IMG/VR virus record: IMGVR_UViG_3300050120_000361
Span: 1 to 64,000 of that record
Strand: one strand, 5' to 3'
DNA: 64,000 nucleotides
This document shows positions 60,430-64,000 of this stretch, piece after piece. The notes below the pieces were generated by a model, which saw only the letters and a program-made list of their open reading frames with translations, was not told the DNA's origin and ran no database searches. Both the position numbers and the translations under genes were made by a program. Each line of letters opens with the position of its first letter. The stretch's first letter is position 1.

Positions 60430-60457
60430 CTATCCCGTAAGCGCGTGCAGTTATAGG
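60430..60457 (-). promoter_or_regulatory. phage promoter-like motif
   Basis: CCTATAA-N14-GGGATAG. Confidence 0.7.
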
Positions 60458-60470
60458 CATTCAGGACAAA

Positions 60471-63400
60471 TCAGAACTGCTGTATGGCGAGCACGATGTG
60501 CTTCTGCTTCAGCTTGTTCTGCCTGTTGTCTATCAGCTCATGGCTCAGCTTGAACATGTTCGCGACTATGCCGTCGATGCTCCGCCTGTTCAGGACCTGC
60601 GCGCTGTCCGTTTCGGGCAGCCTGTTGTAGGTGAACCTTATGCCGTTCTTTCCCGAGGACTTGGTAGCAAGGTCGGCCAGCATCTCCTGCAGCCCGTCGC
60701 GTATCTTGTCGAAGCCGTACTTGGTGTTCACCCTGATGCCAAGGCTGTCGATGTACTCGTTGGTCCAAGCGTCAATAATGGCCTGGTGGGTCTCGTAGCC
60801 TATCCGGAAATCCTTGCGGGACTCGAACCTGTCCACGAGGTCGTACATCTTGCCGAGCGCCTGCGTTATCGGCTCCGCGAGCTCATTGGCCTCCGAACTG
60901 TCTATCAGCTTAAGCAGGTTGATGGCCCGGTTGAAGTTCTTAATCTTCAGTATCCCGTCGTCGCCCACGTACGAGTATATTATCTCGAGCGCCTTGACCA
61001 TTGAGTACTTGCGCACCATGTAGTGGGCAGAACGGTATATCTTGTCAAGCGCTTCCCGCGAACGGACCACTACCTGCTGCGGCGTGGCGAAAAGGTCGAA
61101 TATCACCGCCACGTGGCAAGGCTCTGGATTGCCCTCGGAGTCAAGCCGAGTGAGCTCCCTGTCCTCTATCACCTTGTCTGCGTGCTTGCCCACCCACTCG
61201 ACCACGTTGGAGAACTCGAGCCCGTGCTCGTTCACGTGCACGTCGCCCCTGACGAGGTCCACGTATGTGCCGACCAGCAGGTTGTGCTTGCGCACCTTCT
61301 CCTCCTTGGCCGCCTCTATGCCCATCTTCTTGAGGGTCTCCTTCTCGCTTTCAGACAGCCCCTCGTACTCGGTGCTCACAGAGACCTTGTAGCCGTACTT
61401 GGCCAGCTCGCGCGCGACCTTTATCGGGTGCTGCATGCACTCCGAGTACTTGTTCTCAAATGAGACCAGCTCGTACTCCTCGAGGTTGAACACTATCTTG
61501 CCGTTGAGCAGCGAGAAGCCTGGGGTTACTATGCGGTGCAGGACCGGGTCGTAAGTGGCTATGAACTCGGTCTTGGCGGAAGCGATGGCCTTGTCGTCTA
61601 TGAAGAACATCTGGTCCTCGTCGGTTATCTTCAGAAGCAGGTCGGGCTCGTTCATCAGGGAGTCGTTTATCGTGCCGTCCATCTTCGTGGTGGTTATGCA
61701 GTATATCGACCTGATGCCCATCCTGCGTATGCGCGCGTTGAACTGCTCAATCTCATAGCCGCTGAAAGCCCCGAGGTATATTGAGGCGAACTTGCACTCA
61801 TCGTTGATGTCAACCCCCACGCTCAGGTAGTTGGAGCAGAATATGATCTCGTAGTCCCCCACTGTGTTGTCCACGTTGATGAGCCTGCATATCTCCTGTT
61901 CGGTGTTCGAGCGCTTGTAGTAGCCGTACTTTACGGGCCGCTGCAGCAGGTATGAAACCATTCCAATTATCTTCTCTGAGTATATCTCGCCCTTGTTGGT
62001 GGGTATCATCAGCTTGTAGCCCTCCCGCAGGAGCTCCACCGCCTTCGCGGCAAGCCTCGTAACTGAGTCCAATGTGTCCCCGCACACCATGAACTCCATA
62101 AGCTTCTCGTGGCTTGGCTTGGTCATGCGTATCACGTTTGCAACCTGACTGAAGAAGCTCAGCTCCCCGGTCTCAGTGCCGGTGAGCATTACCAGTTTTG
62201 CGGCGAAAGGGTCGTTGGACGATATGAAGAACAGTTCCTTCATCTTCTTAATCACATTGGACGTTGCCTCTATGCGGTATGCGGAAGTGAACAGCAGGTG
62301 GCTCTCGTCTATCAGTATGTAGTCGAACATCCTGCTCAGCTTCTCGTAGTTCGACCTGCTGAACTTGTCGAAAGTGGTCACAGCGTTCCTGCCGTACTGT
62401 ATGTCCTTTATGTCCTGTGAGCCGTAGAAGGTGTCAAACATCTCCGTTATCGAGGCGTCATTGACCACCTTGTTCTTTATCACGCTTATGTACGGAAGCA
62501 CCAGCAGTATGCGCTTCCCGTCGCGCGCCATCTGCTTTATCCATTCGGTCTTACCGCTGCCGGGTGGGGACAGGACTATGTTCACCCTGTCGCCGACAAC
62601 GAGCTTGTAAAGCTGCTCCTTGTAGTCTGAAATGTACTCGTGCTCGGACATTATGAACATCGGCACCAGCACGTCGTTCTTCAGGCTCTTCATTATCTTT
62701 TCGGAGAAGTTCCGCCTGAAGTCGTTGTCCACCTTTTCGGCGACCTCGGGCTCTATGGACTTTATGATGCCTGACCGCTTGAGTATTTCAAGGCCGTATT
62801 TGGTGGGCTCCTTGCGGTTCGACATGGCGCAGGAGTAGAACGAGTTTATTTCGCCCTTGTTCTTGAGCTGCTCGGAGTTCAGTATAATGTGCGCTATGGG
62901 CAGTCCGTTCTTACCGAAAAGGGCCGCGAGCGTGTTGCATACGTTGTACCTTATGTTGTAGTCTATCTTTCCGGTAATGTGGACTATCGCGGAAAGGTCC
63001 CCTCCGAGCGCGACGAATTTGGACAGGTCGACCTTCTCCTCGCGCTTCCTCAAATGCTCCACGGGCTCCTCGACCACGAGCTCCTCGTTCAGGCGGGTGG
63101 TCAGCCGCGTGGTTCGCATCAGCACCCTGTCAATTGTCTTTTGGCTTTCATACCCGTCAGGCGTCTGGCCGAGCGCGAGCGAGCAGTGCAGGTCCATGAA
63201 GTTATGGTTTATCAGCGGCATTGGGTCGTAGGCGAGGCGTATGCCCGCGGTTATCCTCGCAACTACGTTGTCCATGTACCTGTTCTCAAACACCTGCTTT
63301 CCGTCGCCGTCCCTGTAGTCGAAGGAAATCCCATTACCGTTTATGTTGTGCAGGCGCCACAGGGCCTCGTGTATGTTGCTCGACTTGACGTGGTAGTTCA

Positions 63401-63986
63401 CCTGGTGCCAGTACTGTGAAACGTACTCGTTGTCGCTGTCCATGGTGTAGACGTGGTGCGGCGGGGTGGACTTGGTGTATATGTGCAGTCCGTTCCCAGA
63501 TGCGGACTTGCATATCCAAAGGTACCAGTGGAACTCGCACATCATGGCGTGAAGGGCTGTCTTCAGGAGTTCAAGGTCACCACCCATCTTCTTCCAGTCC
63601 TTCAAGTCCAAATCGAAAACCTGCATGCCGTTCCACTTGTGGTAGTCAGTCATAGCAGGCCTGAAGCCGTCATATGTCATGTATATCTGCTGCCTTTCGG
63701 CCTTCGACTGTTCCGACACGTCCACGTTAGTTATCTCGAGAAGCAGTTCCCCAAGCGTCCGCGTGCGGTACACGTGCTCCGCAGTCATGTTGTTGACGTA
63801 CATTGTCTCGTGGCAGGTGACGCTGTTGTTGGTTATGAAGGCCTTTGAGAAGAGCACTCCGAGCATCCTGTTAGAGATTATCTGCTGGTACACGAGCCCC
63901 TGCAGCGCCGAAAGCGCGCCTGTGACCGGAAGGAACTCATTGACTATGTTCTTGGCTGTGTCCCCGGAAGCTACCTTATTGAACAT
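60471..63986 (-). CDS. primase-like (BT4734/VirE-N or AEP-type) domain fused to SF2 helicase-like domain; may extend past window
   Basis: VFDLDLK, KSASGNGLHIY; SPPGSGKT, IDESH, SVGVDI, EQFNARIR; frame open upstream to the edge. Confidence 0.7.
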   Translation of the reverse strand: MFNKVASGDTAKNIVNEFLPVTGALSALQGLVYQQIISNRMLGVLFSKAFITNNSVTCHETMYVNNMTAEHVYRTRTLGELLLEITNVDVSEQSKAERQQIYMTYDGFRPAMTDYHKWNGMQVFDLDLKDWKKMGGDLELLKTALHAMMCEFHWYLWICKSASGNGLHIYTKSTPPHHVYTMDSDNEYVSQYWHQVNYHVKSSNIHEALWRLHNINGNGISFDYRDGDGKQVFENRYMDNVVARITAGIRLAYDPMPLINHNFMDLHCSLALGQTPDGYESQKTIDRVLMRTTRLTTRLNEELVVEEPVEHLRKREEKVDLSKFVALGGDLSAIVHITGKIDYNIRYNVCNTLAALFGKNGLPIAHIILNSEQLKNKGEINSFYSCAMSNRKEPTKYGLEILKRSGIIKSIEPEVAEKVDNDFRRNFSEKIMKSLKNDVLVPMFIMSEHEYISDYKEQLYKLVVGDRVNIVLSPPGSGKTEWIKQMARDGKRILLVLPYISVIKNKVVNDASITEMFDTFYGSQDIKDIQYGRNAVTTFDKFSRSNYEKLSRMFDYILIDESHLLFTSAYRIEATSNVIKKMKELFFISSNDPFAAKLVMLTGTETGELSFFSQVANVIRMTKPSHEKLMEFMVCGDTLDSVTRLAAKAVELLREGYKLMIPTNKGEIYSEKIIGMVSYLLQRPVKYGYYKRSNTEQEICRLINVDNTVGDYEIIFCSNYLSVGVDINDECKFASIYLGAFSGYEIEQFNARIRRMGIRSIYCITTTKMDGTINDSLMNEPDLLLKITDEDQMFFIDDKAIASAKTEFIATYDPVLHRIVTPGFSLLNGKIVFNLEEYELVSFENKYSECMQHPIKVARELAKYGYKVSVSTEYEGLSESEKETLKKMGIEAAKEEKVRKHNLLVGTYVDLVRGDVHVNEHGLEFSNVVEWVGKHADKVIEDRELTRLDSEGNPEPCHVAVIFDLFATPQQVVVRSREALDKIYRSAHYMVRKYSMVKALEIIYSYVGDDGILKIKNFNRAINLLKLIDSSEANELAEPITQALGKMYDLVDRFESRKDFRIGYETHQAIIDAWTNEYIDSLGIRVNTKYGFDKIRDGLQEMLADLATKSSGKNGIRFTYNRLPETDSAQVLNRRSIDGIVANMFKLSHELIDNRQNKLKQKHIVLAIQQF

Positions 63987-64000
63987 TATGGCCGAGAGCC

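Noticed and set aside
1-64000. Genome-wide stop-codon reassignment (TAG or TGA read as sense)
   Set aside because: Long conserved genes are intact under code 11. TAG ends genes where readthrough would run out of frame into the next gene (27757) or break a conserved paralogue C-terminus (12210), and TGA ends many ATGA-coupled genes.
12691-64000. Numerous long plus-strand ORFs in the ORF track
   Set aside because: They are antisense shadows of C/G-ending-codon genes, with no leaders or promoter motifs and with Ser/Leu/Val-biased or Arg/Gly-rich nonsense translations.
1-64000. tRNA, rRNA, or group I/II introns
   Set aside because: No cloverleaf or TTC-loop pattern was seen in any gap, and the conserved genes (ligA, thyA, SbcDC) are uninterrupted.

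Overview
This is a 64-kb segment of a large (jumbo-type) lytic dsDNA phage. Nearly all genes are on the minus strand, apart from a plus-strand island at about 8.7-11.4 kb. A-rich leaders without Shine-Dalgarno sequences suggest a Bacteroidota host (inference). Recognisable genes: DinG/XPD-family Fe-S helicase, NAD+-dependent DNA ligase, DHH phosphoesterase, dCMP deaminase, GH108 endolysin, fused SbcD-SbcC nuclease, MazG-like NTP-PPase, DHFR, dimeric dUTPase, ThyA, BCS1-like AAA ATPase, HNH/AP2-type endonuclease and a primase-helicase-like protein. No structural genes, tRNAs, CRISPR array, integrase or reverse transcriptase were seen. The most striking unexplained structure is at 5.74-9.24 kb: eight 92-95 bp units bounded by the inverted 9-mer GCGCACCGG...CCGGTGCGC. 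Six of these units form three five-site super-modules with near-identical spacing (about 85/31/78/85 bp). Every element lies just upstream of a phage-specific promoter-like motif (CCTATAW-N13/14-RGGATAT, 16 copies in the window). Other highlights: a hairpin-plus-linker gene-cassette array (0.1-5.3 kb), a three-member early paralogue family, a 692-aa protein with 10 RMF/CrpP-like repeats, a 72-aa hyper-acidic protein with its own transcription unit, a degenerate DHH paralogue, a methyltransferase-like/2OG-Fe(II) oxygenase-like pair, and several genes broken by a single in-frame stop or a 14-bp duplication. All family assignments are from motif recognition by eye; no database searches were run.
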